DNA from: Veleropilina oligotropha
Taxonomy: Eukaryota
Reading direction: 5' to 3'
DNA length: 25,552 nucleotides
NCBI GenBank assembly: GCA_048128005.1
Contig: JBEUKZ010000049.1
Coordinates: forward strand, 186,001-211,552
The stretch's first letter is position 1. The number at the start of each line of letters is the position of its first letter. Made by a program: the position numbers and the translations under genes. The notes under the pieces are model-generated. The model saw nothing but the letters and a program-made list of their open reading frames with translations, ran no database searches and was not told where the DNA came from. Shown here in pieces: positions 1 through 10,740 of this stretch.

Positions 1-292
1 GCTCTGCGCAAAAAAGACCCAACAAGTCGGTGCTTTTATAAAGACCCAATAATATTATTGAGTAGGACCCAATATGGCAATAAGTCGGTCTGATAATAGT
101 TCTTCAATAGCATAAAAGATAAAGTCAAATTCACTATTTTTTAAATATAGTTAGTATCTAGACGTTTTTTAAGTATAAATAGTACTGGAGAGCATTTTCA
201 TATCACTCGCGTGTTAATATCACCGTCTATTCTGGTACGACCCAATAAGTCGGTATTAAATGATAGACCCAATAAGTCGGTGTTTATAAGTA
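1..292. repeat. Direct repeat, copy 1 (may extend left of the window); partner at 1146-1410
   Basis: Near-identical to 1146-1410 (CTCTGCGC...GACCCAACAAGTCGGTGCTTTTATAAAGACCC...GTGTTTATAAGTA) apart from two small insertions. Carries GACCCAA(T/C)AAGTCGG motifs at 16, 239 and 266, with partial copies at 43 and 66. Confidence 0.9.
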
Positions 293-1145
293 GGCCTATA
301 TGTAATCTGCGTGGTCGTCACTAGGTGACACCTTTAGCATATTACGTCGCCAACTGTTGTAAACGTTTCATTTAAAGAATTGACTTCAAAATAATTTGAG
401 CTGATTCGTATTCAAAATAATTAGGACCCAAATAATTACTTCTCACAAAGAAACAAGTTACTTAACACCTCTTCAATTTAGAAACTACAAAATTTGATAC
501 TCTTCACTGTAAGAACATTCTGATCTCGTTCTAATCCAACAAAATATTTTAATGTTTGCGTTACCAAATGTAGATTATCGCAGATTACAGTCTCTCGACG
601 TGCTTATTTAAATTTGGTGCTTGTGACATCGTCCACCCTTGCAATTATTACAAGAAACATCCGACATATCAGTTTTGTTCACGGTCCCGTGAGTTTGCCA
701 AGGTGATTATCGGTCACGTGTTACTAAATATTCATGAGTCTGTGTGGTGGGACAGGCGCGAAGCGAACACCCGTGCACACACCAAAGAACCTTTGCACAG
801 CGTGCAGTAAATTATTTAATACCGTTATACGGTAAAATGACCTACTTAATTATCCCCTCCCGGAAGAGCTATGCAATCCAACACAACAAATAATGAATTA
901 TATATAACGGCGGTAGTCTGCTCTTTAATAATAGCTTGCTGCCATTAAAATAGTTGCATTTTATGCCCTATAGGCCTAAGTGATATTATTGTCTCGGATC
1001 ATTTATTGAAGAAATTTACGGTACTATGAACGTACCATTTAAACTGTATAATGAACAAGTTACTGATCCTACGTACAGATAATGCAGTAGGCCTATTGCA
1101 TGTTGGACCCTGGATGACGCCGACGGTCGCAGATGCTAAATATAA

Positions 1146-1408
1146 CTCTGCGCGGAAAAGACCCAACAAGTCGGTGCTTTTATAAAGACCCAATAATATT
1201 ATTGAGTAGGACCCAATAAGTCGGTCTGAGAACAGTTTTCCAATAGCGTAAAAGATAAAGCCAAATACACTGTTTTTTAAGTATAGTTAGTATCTAGACG
1301 TGCTGGAGCGCATTTTCATATCACTCGCGTTTTAATATCACCGTCTATTCTGGTACGACCCAATAAGTCGGTATTAAATGATAGACCCAATAAGTCGGTG
1401 TTTATAAG

Positions 1409-1410
<2 letters not shown>
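1146..1410. repeat. Direct repeat, copy 2 (offset about 1144 bp from copy 1)
   Basis: Aligns by eye to 2-292. GACCCAA motifs at 1160, 1187, 1210, 1357 and 1384. Runs directly into the (TA)n tract. Confidence 0.9.
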
Positions 1411-1930
<520 letters not shown>

Positions 1931-2510
1931 TTATTATTATTATTATTATTTAATACATTTATAATGCGCCTATTCTAGTGTAGCTCTAAGCGCAGTACAA
2001 ACTATAACTAATATTACAGTACAATGTACACAAGAATATACAGGAGAGACATCAATGATACATACTATGAATGCAATAAGCAATAATAATAAACAGAATA
2101 TTTTTTTGTTGAGTATTTTCAATTTTATTATTATTTTCTTTTTTTTACAAGCGCAATCAGACAAAGAGGTGAAGCCACACCTGCGTACTTCAACCAACTT
2201 TGAATGATACATATGATGAATGCTATAAGCAATAACAATGAACAGATGTGAAGCAGTCATTACTGTCCTCCTATTACGATGTCAGCTGAATTGTTAGTGA
2301 GATTTGATCAGGTTGGCATATACATCAGCAAATAGGTGTGTTTTCAACGTCTTCCGAAAACTTGTCTGAGATGTGCTTTCCTTTACTTTAGATGGGAGTT
2401 TGTTCCAGAGTTTTGGGGCATTGTTGATAAATGCTCTATCGCCATATTTATTCATTGTTCTATTCTCTGTCAACTGTTGTAATTGCTGCGACCTAAGTGC
2501 TCTAAGTGCA
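1931..2510 (-). mobile_element. 5'-truncated L2/CR1-group LINE (ORF2 C-terminus, 3' UTR, (TAA)n tail)
   Basis: Minus strand 2509-2294 reads ALRALRSQQLQQLTENRTMNKYGDRAFINNAPKLWNKLPSKVKESTSQTSFRKTLKTHLFADVYANLIKSH*, the typical L2/CR1 G.RAF..AP.LWN.LP...F...LKTHLF ending. The 3' end is GCGCTTAGAGC...GGCGCATTATAAATGTATTAAA(TAA)n. Confidence 0.88.
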
Positions 2511-3222
2511 GGGGAGGTAATCGTGGTACGTTTTGACTTAATAAGTGCCTAAATGTGACTTTATTCACTGTTTCCGGTTGGCGATAATATGACTATTATG
2601 GCAAGAGTAAGGACGTAAGTATGTTTTAACTAATATTAGGTTTAATTAAAAACCTCATTTTATGTAGAGGACGCAAATGTCGTATTTTGCTTTGTTGTCA
2701 TATTAATTTTTAAATATGGTGAATTTGAAAAAAAATAAAACGAAAATGGCGAATGCACGTTCATACTAGTTGTATAGATGTTCAAAAATTGTCTCGCAGC
2801 GATCAGACCGGTCGTATGCTAAGGTGAAATGTTTTTTGTCCATGCACTGATATCAAATTAGGTACTTTTGATGATTAAGTGTTCCTCTCTCTACGATAAA
2901 GTAAGGCGATACAGCTTGCAATTGATTTTAAATATCACGGTGATGGACACCGGGCGACAGCGCGCGGAGCTCCCGAGCTGTTTCCAATGAAGGTGCGCAG
3001 CGGCCTGTCCTCTGCTACAGTGAATATTTTTGTCCCCCAGCCGAACGCGGCATGCAGCCCCGGCTGTTCGCATATAGACGTAAATCGAGATCCTTGGAGC
3101 GAAAGAACCGAAAAGTGGTTGTAATACTTTTGAATAAAATTTAATCAAAATAAATCACAATGTGCGTAAAATGAATTAGATTTCATCCGTTACCCTAGGT
3201 CAATTTTGGATGAAAGTTAAAA

Positions 3223-3382
3223 ATTGCGACATTTGTGGCCTCGGGTGTCGATATTTTTAAATCCGCGGCCACAAATGTCTCAAAATGATTTTTGCGATAT
3301 TTGTGGTCGAAAAATGTTAACCGCGACCACAAATGTCGCAATTGCAACATTTGTGGCCGTTGCGACATTTGTGGCTGCTACA
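3223..3382. mobile_element. Single end of a DNA transposon terminating in ...ACA (TGT.. on the minus strand), Ginger-like
   Basis: Cluster of GCGACATTTGTGGC / GCCACAAATGTCGC motifs in both orientations, ending ...TTGCGACATTTGTGGCTGCTACA. No partner end found; the superfamily call rests only on the TGT terminus. Confidence 0.45.
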
Positions 3383-4496
3383 AGGCCTCCCGAAGATATC
3401 AAAACGGCCGATAGGATTATTTCATGCTCTTATTGTTTTTCACAAGCTTGTATTTTCGTATGATAATCGGATTGGCACGTTTACTTTATCAATCCGACAT
3501 CTCTGTTAATTTGACAACAGTTCAGAGTTAAAGTCAACATGCAATGTGTGAAACAGCCATTTCTTGCTAACACCATCACTTTGGATTGACCTTTCAGGTC
3601 ACACACAAATGTCATTATTTCACGCATCAAACTTTTATTGGAGTCCAAACCTAGAACTATATTTATTTTTCTTAGGTCAAAATTGTCAATAAAAATAATG
3701 TTGTTTTTGTCAACAAAAGCAGCTAGACTCTATGACTATAACAATTAAATAATGGTTTGACATCACGACATGTATGAGGTCAGATGGCATGATAAGGGAG
3801 GACTTATTATCTGTTATGCATTAACTTTTGGCTGCGGAATAACTATCAAATAACTAAGAACAATAAATATTAATGGATGTACAAATGTTTATTTTTGCAA
3901 TTATTACATCGATAATAGGGATAAATGTCACCATGTTGTCCTTCATATAGCAATATATAATTGCATGGCGATATTCATTTTACTCCCTGCTGTTTTGGGA
4001 CCAATACGAGCACATGACTGAGGCCGATGTCTTTCTGATGAAATACAAGTTAGAATGTTAGGAACATTTTTATTACTTAAAGTATGTTTGACAAGACTCA
4101 AGAGTAATTAACAGCATTAATTTGAAATTATTTACGAAACATAGCAACTTTTTACGGTGCGTATATGTGTACTATGCGTTAAATTACCCGTTAATGTCAA
4201 AGTTATACTACTTTAGTTTAGCACCGGATAAAATGGGTTTATTAATTGTTATGCCCACGCCGAAGGCGAAAGGGCATATTGTTTCTACCGTCCGGCATCA
4301 ACAATTTGGTTCGTTTTTCGTTGAGTTTATATGGGTTGTCCAGGGGACTTTTTAGTGTATGTATGCTTTGTTATAGGTTATATGGATATCATCTGATACT
4401 CTGGCAATGATATTTAATAAAATTTTATATAATTTAATGAAAATATGATGGTCTCTTTAGACATAGAATTTTAGGTTAAAGTTTTTGGTTAAAAGT

Positions 4497-5546
4497 TTTT
4501 TGTGTCCGCTCTACAGTGAAAATTTCTAATTCGATTTGATTCAAATTCGGTATGCAAGTTAGTTTTCATGAGGACACGCCGCCTAACGATTTTCATCGTT
4601 TTCGGATTCAAGATGGGCGTCGTGGCGGCCATTTTGTTTTGAAGAAATTTCTTGTGTGTGCTCAACAGTGAAGACTTATATTCCGATTTCATTCATATTC
4701 GGTATGCACGTTCGATATGATGAGGACATGCCGCCTAATGATATTTGTCATTTTTGGATTCAAGATGGCCACTGTGTTGGCCATTTTTTTTGAAGATATT
4801 TCTTGTCTGTTCTACAGTGAAAAGTTATATTTCAATATCATTTCAATTCGGTATGCATGTTCATTATGATGAGGACACGCCACCTAACGATTTTCGTCGT
4901 TTGGGATTCAAGATGGCCGCCGTGGTGTGTATTTTGTTTTGAAGATATTCTTGTGTCCGCTCTACATTGAATAATTCTTATCCGATTTCCTTCAAATTCA
5001 GTATGCACGTTTGGTATGATGAGTGCACGCCGCCTTACGATTTTCATTGTTTTTGGATTCAAGATGGCCACCATCGTGGTCATTTTGGTTTGAAGATATT
5101 TCTTGTGTCTGTTCTACAGTGAAGAGTTCTATTCCGATTTGATTCAAATTCGTAATGCGCGTTCATTATGATGAGGACATGCCGTCTAACGATTTTCGTC
5201 ATTTTCGGATTCAAGATGGCTGCCATGGTGGCCATTTTGTTTTGAAGATATTTCTTGTGTCTGTTCTACAGTGAAGAGTTCTATTCTGATTTGATTCAAA
5301 TTTGGTATGCACGTTCATTATGTTGAGGACACCGCCTAACGATTTTTGTCGTTTTCGAGTTCAAGATGGACACCGTGGTGGCCATTTTGTTTTGACGGTA
5401 TATCTTCTATGAGCTCTCTAGTGAAAAGTTCTTATCCTATTTCATTCAAATTAGAAATACACTTTTGGTATGATTAGGACACGACACCTATCGGTTTTTC
5501 ACCATTTTTGGATTCAAGATGGCCGCCCTGGCAGCCATTTTGTTTT
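4497..5546. repeat. Tandem array, about 7 units of 148-153 bp
   Basis: TTCAAGATGG recurs at 4607, 4759, 4907, 5058, 5210, 5360 and 5513. Confidence 0.95.
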
Positions 5547-6814
5547 GTCGGAAGACATGTATCTTGCTTTTGAAAAATCTCATCAGATTTACATTTTGTC
5601 CAATCACAGTCCGTAAAAATTCAGGTCACTTTCAACACTTGTGCATCCGATGTTTCAAGTAACAACCACTTCTGTAATGAAATTCGTTCTATTTATATGC
5701 AATATCCCATATCTATTATGCTATTTAGTAACAAACTCTTACATTGTGTCATACTGAAATATAATTGTTTCAAAAATATATGTAGCTTGCGACCGGAACA
5801 AATTATTGCTTCCGTAAACAGGGGAATTACAATTGAGGGAATGTCAGCATTTGCTGTAAATAGGTGGCCTACATTCATATTTAATTCTTCCATTCATAAA
5901 GGTGTCCCGGGGAGGGGGGTTTCCATGTATGGGAACAGCCACATTTGTTGTGTTCTTTAACAGAGTAACTGATATGGTCATTTAATTGATTGAACTCTGC
6001 CAAGGGTGACAGTACCATAACAATATCTTTAAGACATCATCTGCCTTGGGCAGACTGTGCTAATCTAATTCATAGTAATTACAGACTCCATAAACACACA
6101 GCTAGATAGTATTTCTTCTCATAAATGAGTTCGAATGACCTAGTACTATAAACAAGAAATATATTTTTTGCTAACAATGTGTTATATTGAAAACACAAGT
6201 TTAAAATAAATTCACCATTATTTCACTTATAATGTATGTATTTTTTCTTCTAAATATGTCGATTACATCTTAATTGTCGAAAGAAAGTTAATAAAATATC
6301 CATTATATTTCAAATAGAAAATAAAAGGATCATTCTGCTACAACTGGTTGAAGTGAAATAAACTGATATTTAATATCCCTGTTTTAATTAAGCTTCCAAA
6401 AAGATGGTGCATGTGGATACAATTTGATGGCTGGCCAGTCAACATATTTATTATTACAGTTTGCTGATCTCATAAATTTTGTGTATATTATCAGTGATAT
6501 TTCCTTCATGATTATCACAATTAACAATATGGAAAGGCGTAATGTAAACACGAAGGAAGTAAGTTTAATTATCTAAAACCATTTAGGCACTTTCGTTTTC
6601 TGTAAATTCGGACAAGAAAATTGTGAGTCGAGCAACAAGATTTGCCATGAAGGGCCATAGCAATGCTCAATTATTTTTAATTCTCACCATGCTGTTATGT
6701 ATGTTATTAAAAATACTACTTCGTAAGATACTGCAACTTTGACAAAAAGTATGTTCGTGGTGCGAAATCAATACTTTTTCGCTTTCCGACATCAGTGCTT
6801 CAGCACTTTGATTT

Positions 6815-7160
6815 TGAGTAGATTTCATGTGTGCATTCTACAATGAAAATTCTAATCCTATTGGATTCAATTTTGGTGTGCATGTTGATGAGTTAAGATT
6901 AGGACATGCCACCTAACGATTTTCGCCGTTTTTATTTAAGATGGCCACCATGGTGGCCATTTTGTTTTGAAGAGTTTTCTTGTGTGCGCTCTCTAGTGGA
7001 AAGTTCTTATCCGATCTCATTCAAATTCGGTATGGACGTTATTCTATCGAAATTCGTCGGATTCAAGATGGCCGCCATGGTGGCCATTTTCTTTTGAAGA
7101 AATTTCTTGTGTGCACTATACAGTGAAAAGTTCTCAAACAATTTGATTCAAATCTGGTTT
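6815..7160. repeat. About 2.5 further units of the family A tandem repeat
   Basis: Same unit (CTACAGTGAAAAGTTC...AAGATGGCCGCCATGGTGGCCATTTT); one unit is internally deleted. Confidence 0.9.
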
Positions 7161-7449
7161 GTTTCAAGAGATTTGCATTCTGTTTGATGTTTTATCAATG
7201 AGTGCATTATGCATACTGATTCATACATGAGCTTTGTTGTTAGCCACCTTTTACTCTGACAGTTTATTTATGGAATTTAGTATAACATATTAAGCCACCA
7301 CGCGGGCATTCTTGTGGCCTGCCCCAACGTTTTTCTAGTTAAATTGGCAGTGTACTGCCGCGTAATTGAGTCTTTGTTTGAAACTTGATATTGCAAAGTT
7401 CTATATTTTTGGGCTACATTTATTCTTTGTTCAGTTATCAATTGCAATA

Positions 7450-7605
7450 TCCGGGGGCGTTAACATTCTTTGTTCAGTTTTCAATAGCAGTTGTCCGTAT
7501 AACTGCCGGAGAGAGTGGGCTGTCCCCCCGAAATAATATGGATATGGCCTGCCTTGAACCTGATTGTTGTAAATATACAGGATATTAAGCGTCAATTCAT
7601 CCATC
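7450..7605 (+). mobile_element. Degraded SINE related to the element at 21420-21678
   Basis: TTTGTTCAG..CAGTTGTCCGT..CCTGCCTTGAACC..TAAATATACAGGATATTAAGC matches the body and 3' end of the intact SINE, with an internal deletion. Tail is TTCATCCATC. Confidence 0.8.
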
Positions 7606-8060
7606 ACCCATTGATGTCAGATCAAACAGCCTTCGCTAAATGAAAATAGTAATGAATATTATATATAAAATAATGTTTAGATTCTCAGGCATCGCGCATC
7701 TACTTGTTAAATGTGTGCACGTGACGTCAATCCTTTTTATTGCCAAAAAAAGACAATTTTTTTACTATATATTTCAACAGCACTTGTTTTGGATGCAGTT
7801 TTCTAATTCATGTTCAAATATTTTCCTTATTTCTTTAATCTAAAACGTAATAACTGTAAATCAAGCTCCTATCCGTCATCACTTTTTTCAAAAAGTTCCT
7901 GAGAATCTAATTAGTAATTTTATGCAGCCTTACAAACTTGTCTTAATATTTACACATTGTTATCAACTGTAAACAAGTTAATGACTGATGCATGAACGTA
8001 GAACATGATTCATCATTTTGATGGTAATGTCATTGGCTAATCATGTTGTCTGATTTCTAG

Positions 8061-8153
8061 ACCGACATGAAGGATTTAAGACATCACATGAAAACATTGA
8101 TGAAGTATTGTCGACATTTGCTGGTTAACCAACCAGACAAAGTGACAGAAGAG
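8061..8153 (+). CDS. STAG: Internal exon (93 nt, phase 0/0) of cohesin subunit STAG/SA (Scc3 family)
   Basis: Branch-like GCTAAT, acceptor TTTCTAG|, donor GAG|GTAAAT. Reads TDMKDLRHHMKTLMKYCRHLLVNQPDKVTEE, resembling vertebrate STAG1 [31 protein letters not shown] (recalled), and joins in frame to the next exon. Confidence 0.78.
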
Positions 8154-8872
8154 GTAAATATTTATTATTCGATGATTTATCAGGATTATTAGCCTAATAT
8201 CGAAATCTGTAAATGTACACAGTTGTAAGAGATGCACATGTGTAAGTAATTTGTTAAAATTTTGTATTTGAAGAATATATTAAATGTGGTGTTTTTTTCT
8301 GGAACTCATTCAGAGTGTTTGATTTGAGCACGAGTTGCCACTCAACATTCGAGTACAAATCAAACACCGAGAACAGAACACTCTAGTAGCTCGAGTCGGG
8401 TCAAACGTTCACAAACACACTCCAATTTCAGGAGAGTTTTCAAGCACATTACGTCATCAAAGATGGCTGACCGCCAAGACACTGGAGACGGTGACTTTTA
8501 ATCATTGTTGAATTTTCTTAAATAAAAGCCCATTGCAAAGAAAAAATGGTATATTTTCAGGCAGATTCATAAACAAAATAGTAACAGAAATGCAGTTGTG
8601 TCGTCATTGACTTTACTGTTGTTTGTAAAGTGTTCTATTCTACATAATGCACCGAACACTTGATCTGCATTCGAGACGCATATGTACAGCACATACGAAG
8701 ATGTGGAAACAGAGACTGAGTCGTTGCCATATGTGATTTTCCTTAGCTGTGTTATATAAAATCATGCATGAATCGAACATATTTTATATGATAGTATATA
8801 ATTATTGTGATGTTTATATCTTTCGTTTCATATACAATACTTACGAAACAAAGATATAAATAGCAAAACAAA

Positions 8873-10738
8873 ATGCCCCCACAAACGAAGTTTAGGGGGG
8901 CATATAGGAGTCAGCTTGTCTGTCGGCCAGAAATTCCCTTCTCAGGCCACGATAATTGAAAAATCTACATAACCCAAAATTGGGTTACGTCAATTTTACT
9001 TGGCGCAACCCATTTGGTTACGCAAATTATTTGTCATGTATTTCATTTAATATGGGTGACGCGAAAGAAGTAATGCTGATGATTAACAGATTAGATGCAA
9101 GCCTATAGGCTAGTAAGCCTTCCAAACATTGATTACTATTAATTGGCGAAATATTGTACGACCCCTTTTAGCAATATTTCAGCATAGACTCCAGATTTAA
9201 TGTTTCCTTCCGATCAGATGGCTTTAAATCTATAATATCCAGCCAGTGTTCATAACATGGTCATACTATTATACATGCACTGACTAACCGCAAGGGAAAT
9301 ATTTTAATACTAAGTACTATTAATTTCATGATCATCCTAGATGCCAACTACAGAATATATACCCTGAAATATGCATTATCCATCTCAAAAGTGACATGAA
9401 ATATTGCCACCTGAGTCAATTTTAGGTAGTCATTCAATATTTATAATGGTAAAATTTAAATTTGTAAAGTTATTTCAATCACTTAATTCATGACTATCAG
9501 GTTACGTTACCTATGTTTTATTATTAATAGCTTTGCTGTCATATAAAAGCAAGCAAACGTACAACTTTATTAATAATTAATAGATACTTTCCGTAAAATT
9601 ACTTTAATTTCTGAACAGCATTTTTAGAACAAATCCATTCCCCTGATTCAAATGTAAGTTTTCAGAAAACCTCCTTCTTAAACACAGTTTTTCAGTACAA
9701 CTATTTTATAGACAATATACCAAATAGTATTTACAGATACTCAGTTTCGAACTCAGTTGTTTAAACGAATGCGTCCGTTAGTAAACAACAATGGCGGAAC
9801 ACGTGGAACAAAAGCGACGGGACACATTATGATCAAGTTAAGTGAATAAAAAGTCAATTTAATAGTTCTTTGAATACATGGATAACTTTTTAAAGAAGTA
9901 ATAGATCATATGGCGAATTTGCAGGTTGTTTTTGCAGACGGATACTACTATTTGAAAAAAAACAAGTTTTATTTTGTGCGAATTCGTTCACGTCATTTTG
10001 GATTTGCGTAACCGACACGCGAACGAAACAAGGTGAAATATCGCGGCTTGCTTCTGCTCCGTATCTCGAACACTTTTTGAGCAAGGGACACGAAACGCAA
10101 AGGTGTGTGGCTTACCAAAAGTAGGTCACCACGACCTACTTTTCATGGTTGACTGCACTTAATCCAAAATTCCTTTCCGCTCCATATCTCCCATATTATT
10201 TGATCGAGGGACACGAAACTTGATGTGTGCATGCGTCATAACCCAAAGGTGTATCGCGTACCGAAAGTAGGTCACCATGACCTACTTTTCATGCTTGTCT
10301 GCACTTGATCCAAAATTCCCTTCCTCTCCATATCTCCCATACTATTTGACCGAGGGACACGAAACTTGATGTGTGTATTCGTCATAACCCTAAGGTGTGT
10401 CGCGTACCGAAAGTAGGTCACTATGACCTACTTTTCGGACTTGACCGCATTTGGTCCAAAATTCCCTTCCACTCCATATCTTTCATACTATTTGACCAAG
10501 GGACACGAAACTGGATGTGTTTATACGTCATAACCCAAAGGTGTGTCGCGTACCAAAAGTAGGTCACCGTGACCTACTTTTCCCGTGTGACCACATTTGG
10601 TCAAAAATTCCATTCCGCTCCATATCCCCCATACTATTTGACTGAGGGAGATGAAACTTCATGTGTGTATGCAACAGCCTGTTCCTGGGTCGAACGCTTT
10701 CGTAGGGGCATATGATCACTCCTGTGATAGCTGGAGTT
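8873..10738 (+). mobile_element. Helentron/DINE-like non-autonomous element, family B, copy 1 (146-bp internal array), interrupted by a TIR element
   Basis: 5' ATGCCCCC...GGGGGCATAT hairpin followed by TGTCTGTCGG. Array units have GGGACACGAAAC or a variant at 10085, 10208, 10354, 10500 and 10646. 3' end GGGGCATATG-ATCAC-TCCT-GTGAT-AGCTGGAGTT. A second copy lies at 13538-14336. Confidence 0.88.
8943..10050. mobile_element. 1108-bp non-autonomous DNA transposon with imperfect 15-bp TIRs and 5-bp TSD (CTTCT)
   Basis: Left end CAGGCCACGATAATT; right end reverse-complement CAAGCCGCGATATTT (12/15). CTTCT at 8938-8942 and 10051-10055. Removing it restores the family B unit AAATTCCCTTC(T/C)GCTCC(G/A)TATCTC. 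Subterminal inverted 12-mer GGTTACGCAAAT at 9016 and 10002. Confidence 0.82.
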
Positions 10739-10740
10739 AA

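Larger units (their letters stand above)
4249..7340 (+). mobile_element. Helentron/DINE-like non-autonomous element, family A, with a ~151-bp internal tandem array interrupted by ~1.3 kb of unrelated sequence
   Basis: 5' hairpin TATGCCC-ACGCCGAAGGCGAAA-GGGCATA after TT, followed by CCGTCCG. The 3' end has subTIR GCGGGCAT, a short stem-loop and CTAGTT (7335-7340). The two array blocks could also be two separate copies. Confidence 0.7.

Noticed and set aside
3951..4053. Possible upstream STAG exon (QYIIAWRYSFYSLLFWDQ...)
   Set aside because: Only faint resemblance to the expected ..CSHYSILW.. segment, and no good in-phase donor site.
4489..5083. Short ORFs in the tandem arrays (also 6906-7097, 10371-10562, 13587-14201)
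   Set aside because: Chance frames through non-coding repeat units.
4497..5546. CRISPR-like repeat/spacer array (also 10085-10680)
   Set aside because: Whole units repeat with no unique spacers, there are no cas genes, and the context is eukaryotic TEs.
5560..5590. Minus-strand CTGATGA as a hammerhead ribozyme core
   Set aside because: No GAAA after a stem II, and no stems I or III.
5693..5960. Overlapping 66- and 87-aa ORFs
   Set aside because: No recognisable motif or splice context.
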